Positions 43,538-55,173 of a DNA stretch of 64,000 bases are shown here, one piece after another (positions within the stretch are counted from its first letter, which is position 1; each line of letters starts with the position of its first letter). Position numbers and translations under genes: made by a program. The notes beneath the pieces were generated by a model that did not search any database, had not been told where the DNA came from, and was given only the letters and a program-made list of their open reading frames with translations. Source of the stretch: Octopus vulgaris (Eukaryota). The DNA lies in assembly GCA_951406725.2 (NCBI GenBank), contig OX597819.1:93992001-94056000 (forward strand), written 5' to 3'.

Positions 43538-43942
43538 TATATATCATCATCATCATCGTTTAACGTCCACCTCCCATACTGGCATTGGTTGGACAGTTTG
43601 TCTGAAGCTGGCCAGGCAGAAGACTGCACCAGACTTCTGTGTCCGTTTGGCACATTTTTTACAACTGGATACTCTTCCTATCACCAAACACCCCGAAGAG
43701 TGGACTGAGAGTGTGATGAGTACTTTTACATGTCACCAGCACAGGTGCCTTTTGCATGACACAGAGGCTCGTTTATGTGCCAGGGCTATGTGACACCAGT
43801 ATTTACCACAACTGCAATTTTGCTCAGCTTGATGGATCTTCTTCTGAAGCACGGCATAATGCCAAAGGTCTTAGTCATTGCCTCCATGAGTCCCAACATT
43901 CAAAAGATGTTCTTTATGTGCCTGTTACATAAATATATATAG

Positions 43943-44013
<71 letters not shown>

Positions 44014-44109
44014 CAGACAGGTAGATAGATAGATAGACAGACAGGTAGATAGATAGATAGATAGATACATACATACATACATACATACATACATACATAC
44101 ATACATACA

Positions 44110-44193
<84 letters not shown>

Positions 44194-44990
44194 TAAAATA
44201 GTAGTGAGAGCCAAATGTTTGTGGTAAAAACAGTTGGTTAGCCTCTAGAATAGACAGAGCATATATATAGATAACACAAGAGGAGATAATAAGCAACCAA
44301 TAAAGTTTATTAACCACTGTAGCCAATGCACTTGGTCCCATCTCAAAATTAGGTATATATTCCAATGAGATGACTACTACTATACAACTCCAGTATATAG
44401 CAACAAAAGTTGTTAATTATGCAATTAAGTCCATGAATAAAAGGAATGGAATGGGCAGTGATGTACTACCCTTGTTTCAAAGGAAGCACTGAACGATTGT
44501 TCTGTAACTTTAAGGTGCTATCTAATTTCTCATAGTTCTTCCTCATCAGGTACTTTCCACCTGTCAGTTAAAACTTCTTTGCCATTATGAATTCACCAAG
44601 AGAAACTGGAAAAAAAATTTATACATTTCAACGGTGACAAGGGGAGTAGAAATAGAAATAGAAATTGGTCAAGTAGTCTTCTACAAATAACTTAACTGAG
44701 GCAGAATCTGGTTTCATTTTGAGAAAGTCAGTTCCTTATCTGTATAAATGGATTTATGGGGTGGTTCCTAATAGTTCTTAGATTATTAATATTTTCATTA
44801 TATTGTAATAAAGCTGAAAAAAGGTGCATTAGTAGAAACGTCAGGATGGGATGTTAATTACTCAAAGAAGATAATGCGAGGAGGGAGAGGGAAGAGGAGA
44901 AAGATGAAGCAATAAAAAAGTGACATATACACTTACATATAAATATATATGTACATATAATATACACACATCTAAATACACATACATATA

Positions 44991-45041
<51 letters not shown>

Positions 45042-45136
45042 TATATTATGTTATGTTATATTATATTATATTAGAGGAAGAGTCAAAACCAAGGCAGAAC
45101 GAGTATCACAAGTCATTTAGAATAATTCAATTTGGA

Positions 45137-45214
45137 GTCTTACAGCTGTTTCTGGGATAATCCAAGTGGTAAGTTAGCATGTGTCCATGCACTGGGTATT
45201 CCATCATCAGAGAC
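45137..45214 (-). ncRNA. Type I hammerhead ribozyme, Penelope-like-element minimal type, intact core
   Basis: The minus strand reads GUCU-CUGAUGA-[UGGAAUA CCCAGUG...CACUUGG AU UAUCCCA]-GAAAC-AGCU-GUA-AGAC. Stem I is GUCU/AGAC, stem II is long, stem III is the palindrome ACAGCUGU, and the cleavage triplet is GUA. Confidence 0.75.
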
Positions 45215-45446
45215 AAGATATGAATGTTTTAGACAGAGGGAAATTTAGTTTATAAGGAATAAAATTCACAGTTTATAAGGAATAAAACAGAAGAATAAAG
45301 GAGTAAAATAGAGGAATAAAGAGTAAAAGTAGTTAGAAGAATATAGGCAGGAAAATAATGTTCATAACTTAGGAAGAAAATCAGCAAAATTTTGTTTGAC
45401 CCATGCAAGAAAGGAAAAATGGATAGAAAAACGATAGTGATGGTGA

Positions 45447-45488
<42 letters not shown>

Positions 45489-47291
45489 AATGTAATATAT
45501 GGGTTAATAGAATTATGGGGCTATTATGATATGCAAGTATATATATGTATATATATATATATATATACATATGTGTGTGTGTGTGTATGCATTTATTTAT
45601 ACATAGATTCATATCTATATCTGTATATATTATGCTATCCATATATTTTCAGAAATAACCATTCTAAGATATCTTTCTCAACATTTCTTAATATTTGTAT
45701 TTTTCCTTTTTTAACCATCAGAATTACTTGTGTAACTATTTTTTCTTGACTTTGGGGAAAGTAAGCAGCTTTATTGGTAACCATAATAATTACATTTTAC
45801 TCATTAGTAATTGGCCTCTATAATTACGGTTTCTTCATAAGAAGTGATTGTTATAATTACATAGAAACTATGAGCAGTCTGAAGTAGTAAGGTGACGTAG
45901 ATAGAACAGTAATGTTCTTCAAGAAAAAAATTAATTCATCGACTAATTACTCTTTTAGTTTTCATTCATAATGCTTGGAGGTAATATGTATTTGACTGCT
46001 CTGTTCACTTTTCACTTGTATATTTGTTGTTTTAGTACTGAAGTTTTTGCCTCATAAATATGGTTAAAGAAAAATACCCCAGGGGAGTGTTCTGCTTATT
46101 AATTACTAATATAATAGGGTCTCACATATGAAGTAATATAGACAGTCAAAAAAACTTTAGTAAATTGAGGTTATCAAAGCAATTTGTAAACAAAAATTTC
46201 TTCTAAAAATGCTTAGTATATAGAAGCAACAAACAGGGGAGATAATTCCTATAAGCTCAGTTGCATGAAATTTTTAAAGAGTATAGATAATGTTGATTAG
46301 AGTGGATTTGACCTATGAAGACAACTAGTGAAAACTGGAGGTGATTCTTTATGATAGTAAGAAGAGAAGTATTTTGTAAGTAATATATTGCAGCTTGTAT
46401 TTTATTTATAATATTGATGGCAGCAGTTGTTCCGTAGTTGCTTCTGCTGTGTTGTCCAAGTAAAACCTGATTCACAGATCCAACACACCACATATATAAA
46501 TATTCCTTAATTGAGATTGTGTCTAGCTGAGCTTCATGTTCAGAGATGATCTATTTTCTTCTCATTCAAACAGGATTTCAACCAGAACCATTCCACCTTA
46601 TTTTTTTTTTTACTAGTATAATATAAACAGGACTGATTTTTATTTCCATGATGTTCATTTTTAAGACGGTATATTTTCTGTTTTGACCAAGTGATTAATT
46701 GATTTCTGTACCTAAACACAACAGCCATTATGCTTAAAGAAATTCAGATTAATTGTGTTTATCTATTTTTTGTGTAGTAAACATAGAATGTATAATACAT
46801 ACTGAATTTGGAAAACTTTAGTGTATAGAAAACTTCTTTACTCTTCTTGAACTTGTGGAAAGTAAAAAATGTATAATTGATGTGATAATATGTAAGGACA
46901 GCACATGAAATTTGGTTTAGAAAAATGTAAGGGTTCCAAAACAACTAAAACCATCGAGTTTAATTTAGTTTGAACATATTTTACTTGTTTACCATTCATA
47001 AGAATTATTTAATACATAATTTTAACAGTTGAAGACGATAAATATTTATTTATATCCATATATCCTGACAATCATACTGATACATACACACACATGTGCA
47101 CTCACACACACACATATACACATGCTGTCATGAATTGATTTCACAAACCAAAGTGCATGTTTATTTTTTCTTCAATCCCAAAATAATCTATCATATATTG
47201 AGAATATCAATTTATATCTACTTTCTTAGTTGATTAAACTAAATAAAATACATGACTATTTCTTGATCTATGCTGCAGCCCTAAATCTCCC

Positions 47292-47356
<65 letters not shown>

Positions 47357-50300
47357 GTGTGTATTTGTGTGTCTGTGTATGTATATGTACATGCGCATGT
47401 GTGTGTGTGTGTGTATGTGTGTGTGTGTACATATATAAATTGTGGCAGTATGACTCCCCAGACACAACAAAATTTGATTCAACACACAAATTCTCATAAA
47501 GAATCTTGCAGGCCAGATACAGAAACGATGTAAATTAATCATCAACCCATATTTTTTTCTTTCTCTCTGTAACATAGGCTGAAGTACAAGTGGTAAGTTT
47601 CTGGGAAACTGAGCCTACAAAATAGGTTTAGTTCCTAGAAGTAGTTTCCCTTTCTATTTTTAACTTGTTCCACAAATGCCTTTGGGATAGGGATAAATGT
47701 CATAAATCTGATCACCAATCTTCTGAAATCAATAGGAATGACAATTCATTTATTTGTATCTATGATCATGGAAAGTTAAATAGTTGACTCAATTAAACTT
47801 TATGTGGGGGACAAATAATACATCTATGTTCTATTTTCTCCTATGATAAACTCCCAGTTTGGGAGCGAAAAACAAACCATCATCCTTCAAAAAAAAATTA
47901 TATCTACATTACTCTGAAATGCTCTGAAGTGTGGCAATGTCTTCTGATCTTGGCAGCGCTTTTGGCAAAGTTTAATTTCTTAATTTCTTTTGTTGCATTT
48001 ATCAACTAACTTTTCTTGAAAAACAAAAAAAAATTAATAATAATAAAATAAAATAGGAAAACATTTATTTTTCAGAAATTTAATTAACTTTTTTTTCCTT
48101 TCAATTTTGCATTAATTTTTTTTTTCACCCTCCACCCATTTCTTGTAATGCATGTCTTAGAATATTAGTAATGCAAATTGTTTTAGCTTTCCAATACAGG
48201 CCGCCAGGAAGTACTATTTATTTGCATCTACTTCAGTAGTAGCATGCACCATTGCATTGTTCTTGAACCACATTAACTTTTCCAATGCTGTACCAAATGT
48301 TTATTTTCCCAAACATCCCCTGCACCACCACCACCACCATCACCACCACTGCTACCTGAAATCCCATTGTTTCTTTATATTTTAACCATTATCAATTCTC
48401 TAATGAGAATTTCAGTAGGGGAAACAGTTCAAATATCTTTAATGTTTCAACATTTATTTTACCTTTAGAATATGAATTATGAAATATATAATCTTCTATC
48501 ATTCTAAAACAATTAATATAGCTATTTTTGTCATTTTAAAAGCAATTTTTTTTATTCTCTTATAACATAGATAGGAATGTTCTGCAACTTCATTTTCTTG
48601 TATACAAAATTCTAGGGAAATATCTTACAAATGGATACTATAGTGTTTTTCATGATAGAACAATGCCACTTTTCAACCAAGATGATAAGGACTAACAGAA
48701 TAATATTTCTAAAATGACTAAAGAATTATTCCCAGAAATTTCTGCTGCATGAAACAAATAATAAAACGGGCAGTAATATACTTGATGTAGTAAAAACAAA
48801 TTATTAATTAAAATTATTACACTCTAAATGATATTAGAAACCTGCAATATCTTAATTATAAATTCTGAACAAGAAAAAGCGAGGTAGACAATCTCAGAAT
48901 ATAAATTAATCAAAATTAATTAAATGTAAAATGCATGTACAATGTAGTAGGGAGTGAGTCTGTTGGTGTTAACATGACAGCCCTAGACATGTTTTAACCT
49001 TGTAAGACTTGGTATCTTTCTTGGTTAGTGTTCATATACAGTAATTATTCCATGATAATACTTCAATTAACATTTGTAAGTCAATTATTGTGTTGTTTAA
49101 AGTTATTTTAGATAATTCATTATTCTTCAAAATTTTTTCCATGTTCACATTTTCAAGTATAAAATTAACTAGAATATTTATAACTTCACCTTGTTTTCTG
49201 CCAAGCTATATTTTACTCTTAATTTCAAGAGATATTGATTTTTTCTTTTGAGTTGACTTACAACTCAGTTAACCTGATATTTATCTGTTGTAGTTAAGTG
49301 ATTAAAAAGAATAAGGATGCATTCGAATTTTGCTGCAAGCATTGCAGTGCCTCACTATACTGAGCATGTTATGCAATGTAACTAAACCTACAAACATAAA
49401 AGGTAATCATTATAGTTTGGCACATATATTAATGAATAAGACTTCACTGAGTTTTTTCTCAAATATATATGCATAAGAGAAGTTACACAGATATATGAAT
49501 GCCTTTGTTTTGTCTTTCTAAGAATATTAAAATTTATCTATGTATATGTATGTATGTTTGTATGTATATATATATATAAACATATACACATATTGTATAT
49601 ATATATTTGCTCACCTAGGCCTGAGCTGCTAGGTTTGAGTGACGAACCTACAAAACTTTAAGTTGCATGAAACCAACTTTAAAAACTAATATATATACTC
49701 CTAGTATATATATATGTATACTCCCATCCATGCCAGCATGGAAGGCAGATGTTAAACGATGATGATGATATATATATATATAATTTCAGCTAAAACAATG
49801 CTGCAAAAGCACATTGTAACCAGTGATGTGTAACATCTGACAGCCTGGTCAGTCACATGATCACATGATATATTTATAATTTCAGTAGGTAAAAAATGAA
49901 GTAGGCTCACATTCTTCTTTCTGTGAGGTGATAATCCCAAAAAAACTATTTCATTTTGCTCAAGGAACTTAACCTTCTCAAGCCTAGTTTTCTATTTTTT
50001 ATTTTTTAATTGGAATAGAAGGCAATACCCTTGTCCCATGACAGGGTCAATGAAACTGGTGGGAAGGAGAGAGTAGTTTATCCACAAACTAGGTGTCTCT
50101 TGCAACTGGGTGGACTCTGCTAAAGTCACCAAAGTTGCCACATTGTGGAGTTAAACTAGGTAATGAATTAAATAAACCCTCCTTATAGGCCATGATGGGG
50201 TTTGAACTCAAGATACATAGAGTGTAGAAACAAATACTGCAAGGCTATATCCTTATAGTTCTGCCAATCTCCTACACTGGATTGGTTGATTTTTTATTGA

Positions 50301-50505
50301 TCCTAAGAAGATAAAATCTCAGTTGACATTGATAAAATTTGAACTCAAGGTGCAAAGAGTCAGAACAAATTCTATGAGTCGTTCTACCAGACACTCTAAT
50401 GACTCAGCCATCTCACCAGCAAACACATAATTGTTGTTTCTTCAGAGCTTTCATTTAGTCAAAGGGTAAGACTACAGAGTTCGTGAAATATGAGTGACAG
50501 TGAGT

Positions 50506-50907
50506 GGTGCAGGAGTGGCTGTGTGGTAAGAAGCTTACATTCCAGTCACATGGTTCAAGGTTCAATCCCACTGCGTGGCACCTTGGGCAAATGTCTTTTA
50601 CTATAGCCTCAGGCCAACCAAAGCCTTGTGAGTGGATTTGGTAGATGGAAACTGAATGAAGCCCATCGTATATGTGTGTGTCTATATGTATGTGTGTTTG
50701 TGTGTCTGTGTTTGTTCTCCCACCATTACTTGACAGCCGAAGTTGGTGTGTTTACATCCCCGTAACTTAGCAGTTCACCAAAAGAGACTGATTGAATAAG
50801 TGCTATGCTTACAAAGAATAAATCCTGGGGTTGATTTGTTCGACTAAAGACGATGCTCCTGGATGGCTGCAGTCAAATGACTGAAACAAATAAAAGAGTA
50901 AAAGAGT
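50506..50907 (+). mobile_element. tRNA-derived SINE family A, full length
   Basis: Same structure, with a possible target duplication gagtggtg on both sides. Confidence 0.9.
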
Positions 50908-52036
50908 GGTGAAGGGTCAAGTGACAGTTGATTTATATTTCATTTTCAACACATGACTTTAATCAACCTTAATTTATGAGCATTAAGAAAGAATGAATGA
51001 ATAGTTTTATATCACAACATAATTTAAATTATGTAATTGACAAATCATTCAACAGCTATAAATAACATGCATGCAATATTTTCGTAGACATGAAACTAGT
51101 TATGTCTTGTATATCTCTTTAACCCTTTCATGGATATATTTCTAATGAAATACACTATTTTTCAATTAATTTCGAAAATAATTAAGAATTTGGGTGTATT
51201 TAGTAAAATAAATAACTTTTTCACTATATTTCACTATATTTAGAATGTAACAAAAGAGTATTATATAAAAATATGATGGAAGATTTTTAAATTAAAATTT
51301 TATAAGGTCTGTATGAAGGAACCAGAGGCTGATTCCATCTTACAGAAGCTTAAAGGATTAGTATCAATAGGTTTAGATTATTAGAATATAAGAGAGAGAA
51401 TAATGTTTAACCCAACATTTTTTTTAAAGAATTCTAATTTGTTATTGTCCATGCACCAGTGTCCCTATGCTAAAATATAATATTAACTTGACAGAATTTA
51501 AAAGTAAAATCTCTTGATTTGTGGTACATTATGTTACAGCAGTGAAAAGGTTAATGAGTAGATTTAATTGTGCAGCTAAATATCTTGCCTTGCAACTGCA
51601 TTTTGTCCTAAGTTTCCAGCAATATTATCACAGTCAACAACTCACAAGATCATCATCATCATCATCATCATCATCAACAACAACATCTATATTGACATTG
51701 CTTTTGCTAGTATAGTTCTGTTGCTTACTGGCATCAATCTGGGAGGCAATGTTTTTTTCTGTACCTTGCTCTCTTTATTGTCATCTGCAATAATTCCATG
51801 CGCTTTATCCAGCATCATTATCAATCATCATCATCATCATTATCATTAAGTAGCAGCTGTTACAAGAACTGCAGCGCATTAATGCATCAGCCAAGATTTT
51901 ATTTTATATAATATGTATATATATGTATATAAGTGTATAATTGTATATACATATATATTTATATATATTTATATGTATGTATATATATGTATATATATGT
52001 ATATGTATATACATATGTATATATATATATACATAC

Positions 52037-52069
<33 letters not shown>

Positions 52070-52273
52070 CGTATATATATTTACATACACACACACATAT
52101 ATATATGTATTCTCCATGTTACCAGTTTTATGTAATTACTAATTCTCTCTTCAACCTCACCTGCCATTGTAGTTGTTGTCTAACAATGTAGTCAGAAGAT
52201 ATGTAACCATTAATACTAGAACTGTTCTTTACCCAAGTTTGCCAACTGTGTCACTTTATTTTATCTCCCCACC

Positions 52274-52279
52274 TGCATG
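52274..52279 (+). promoter_or_regulatory. Candidate RBFOX-type element TGCATG inside the exon 12b 3' splice site (a second one at 52642-52647)
   Basis: accTGCATGtAG: the hexamer occupies positions -9 to -4 of the acceptor. Function is inferred. Confidence 0.45.
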
Positions 52280-52282
52280 TAG

Positions 52283-52601
52283 TGTTTTAGGCATGTGTTT
52301 TTTCGGCGGCAAATTCTGTGAAGGTCATCAGCAGAACGATGAACCCATTTACACCATCAACACCACTACTAGTACCACTGCTATTCCAATCTTCACCACC
52401 AATAACAACAACAACAATATTACCACAACTGTCACCAACATTTTTAATTCTACTACTAATTCTACTAGTACTACTACTACTACTACCACTACTACATTCC
52501 CATCACTACAAAATTGGAAACCTGCTACCAGCAATCTTAGTTGTCACTGCAAAAGAGCTAACTTTGATTCCCTTCTCTGGGCATTTATAACAACCTTTCA
52601 G
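52283..52601 (+). CDS. Cav3: Cav3 domain II S5-turret-P1 cassette exon, exon 12b type, with expanded Thr/Asn-rich turret
   Basis: Translates as (S)VLGMCFFGGKFCEGHQQ...SNLSCHCKRANFDSLLWAFITTFQ. GGKFC and CxC just before the P1 helix are 12b hallmarks. Acceptor is tgcatgtAG (52281-82), donor CAG|GTAACC. Length 319 nt = 1 + 106 codons with no stops, and the splice phases match the 12a exon. Confidence 0.9.
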
Positions 52602-54067
52602 GTAACCATTCCTTTGTTTGCTTTCATTGGGGTAGCAGTTTTGCATGCTTTGGATTTTGGGATTTTTTTTTGTTTTTTTTTTCTCTACCTTTCAGTATTC
52701 TCCATTTTTTTAATGTTGTTGTTGTTATTGTTAGTGTTGTTACAGTTGTTGTCTATTTAGTGCTTGATTAGTTTAAACCAAAATTAACCATTTCATCATA
52801 CCTGTACTAACATTTGAATAAAACTGGCCTCGTTATCCTGTTGAATGTCTGCAAATGAAAACTGAAAGGAAAAAAAAATAATAATAATAATTTGAATGTA
52901 AAGACCATCTTTTCTGATGCTGTAGTTCTTTAATTTCTTTTGTTTGTTTATATATATACTATTATGGGTTGGAAAGATGTGCAAATTTTCAGTGCTTACA
53001 TGAGAAAACTTTGAAGGAAATTATTTACATCTAAAAGAGAGTTGTTTCTTATTTTTCTTTCTTTATTTATTTCTTCATTTGTTTGTTTGTTTATTTATTT
53101 TCTCCAAAGGCTGATACAAGTAAAAAATACCAATAACCTGAATTTGTACAGACAACCGAAAGAAAGGCTATTTCTAGTAATATAACTACTCAGTAATCTG
53201 GCATATTAGCTTCTGAGATACTGTGTTTGGGAAATGTTTGTTTACACAATTTCCTGCGCAATTATCTTATCATATGAAAACACATAGTGAAAAAGGTTGC
53301 CTTACACTAAAATGTATATGAGTGTGTTGGAAGAGGGTTAGAGACAAATAAAAAAATTGCCTTTCATATATTACTGCATGGAAACAAAACTTTCAATAGA
53401 CCAACAAAGATTCAGATTTTTAAAGGATTTATTATTAATGAAGCATGGTCGTGTAGTGGAGAAGTTTGATTTGCAGTCATGTGGTTTGTACATCCAATCC
53501 CACATGGAAACACTTTGGGCAAGTACCACAGACTGGGTTTGATCAATGCCCCAGTGAGTGAAATTAGGTGCACAGAAACTTCAGAAGCCTGTCTTATATA
53601 TGTGTTATCATCATTCTAAATCTTTGTTTTCCATGCTGGCATCATGGATCAGATTAATGATTCTTCAGCTGACAAATACCAGCCTACCCACTTCACAAAA
53701 TTCTTTGCCTCTTTTCTCTTAGTTAACAAGAAGATAAAATACTCTTTGCTTCCGTATAATTCATCTTCCTTTGCCACGGTTTTGAACAGACACTGCAATT
53801 TGGTCACCCCATTACAGCCCCATACAGCTCTCTCTGCTGCCCTATGAGAAACAATTAGTTGGATGATCACATGGCATCTAGTCTCCTATTACAATGTTTT
53901 GTCATTGGAGAAACACTGCATTAGAGAAAAATAACACTAATCTCTATTGTTGTTCATGATGCTTTTAAGCATAGTTTCTATGACTGGACACCCTTCCTAT
54001 CAACAACCACTTTACAGAGTGCCTGGGCAGATATTATCATGCAGCCAGCACTAGGAAGACTATAAGG

Positions 54068-54133
54068 ATAAGATTAAATTGTCCCCTCAACCCTTATAAG
54101 ATAGGATTAAATTGTCCCCTCAACCCTTATAGG
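54068..54133. repeat. 33-bp tandem duplication
   Basis: ata(a/g)gattaaattgtcccctcaacccttata(a/g)g, two copies. Confidence 0.9.
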
Positions 54134-55111
54134 TTATTTTTCACAGTTACTGATTTCCTACAGCAAGCTGCCTGTACTGCTGCTTGCAGACTCCTCATCT
54201 TCAATCATTCCTTTTTTTCCTAACATATGTAAGTAAATATATGTTACAATATATAATAAACTTACAATATCATATAAAAAAAAATAAGTAATAAAGTTCA
54301 CTATATCAACTATGCAACCATTCTTGAATACCTCAGTCTCAAAACATTTCATACAAAGTTTGAACTCATCACATGCTGACTATTGTGCTTTAGGAACAAC
54401 ATTGGGCGAGGTGTTGGCAGAAGGATTTGAGCATTGGTAAAAATACCTTATGGCATTTGTTCTGGCTTCCAGTATCATGAGTTCAATAATTCACCAAGAT
54501 CAATTCTGCTTCTCATCAATATTATCCTCATTTGCCATCCATTATCCTTGTTGGCATGGGTAGGACTGTTTGACAGGAACTATCAAATCAGAAGACTGCA
54601 CCAAGCTTTGCTGTCTGCTGTGGCATGGTTCCTATGGCTGGATGCCCTTCCTAATGCCAACTACTTTACAGAGTGTACTAGATGCTTTATATGTGACACC
54701 AGTAACAGTGTGATCACAAGTAACTTGCAGGTCCAAGACCCCCTTAAAGAGGGTGTGAAATAGTATTGAGGGACAGAACAGTGTCTTGCATTAGAAGAAA
54801 AACATGGCTACCATAGACGGAGAGAGAGGGGTAGAGAGAAGCTGATGAAGATGTAATGGGGAGAAGGCAGCAGGTTTTCACCCAAGTGTTACAGGGAGGT
54901 GTATATAGTAAAGTGGTCTGGAGACTGGATATGGTGAATGGGTGGGAGAGTTCACAAGATTGCAAAAAGAGAGTGAGAATTAGGGGTGGGTGTAATCTAA
55001 TGAGTGAACGCATGATGCAGGTTAGTGGTAAAGGAGAGATACAAATTCTTGTGAATGAAAAATCCACTAAAGATGTCCCAACTTCACTTCTCAGAGCGTC
55101 ATTATTGCCAC

Positions 55112-55173
55112 AGAGTGAGGTACTGAGGCAGGTGTGAACTGCTAGAGTGGGGTACTGAGGCAGGTGTGAACTG
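55112..55173. repeat. 32-bp tandem duplication
   Basis: agagtg(a/g)ggtactgaggcaggtgtgaactg, two copies. Confidence 0.9.
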
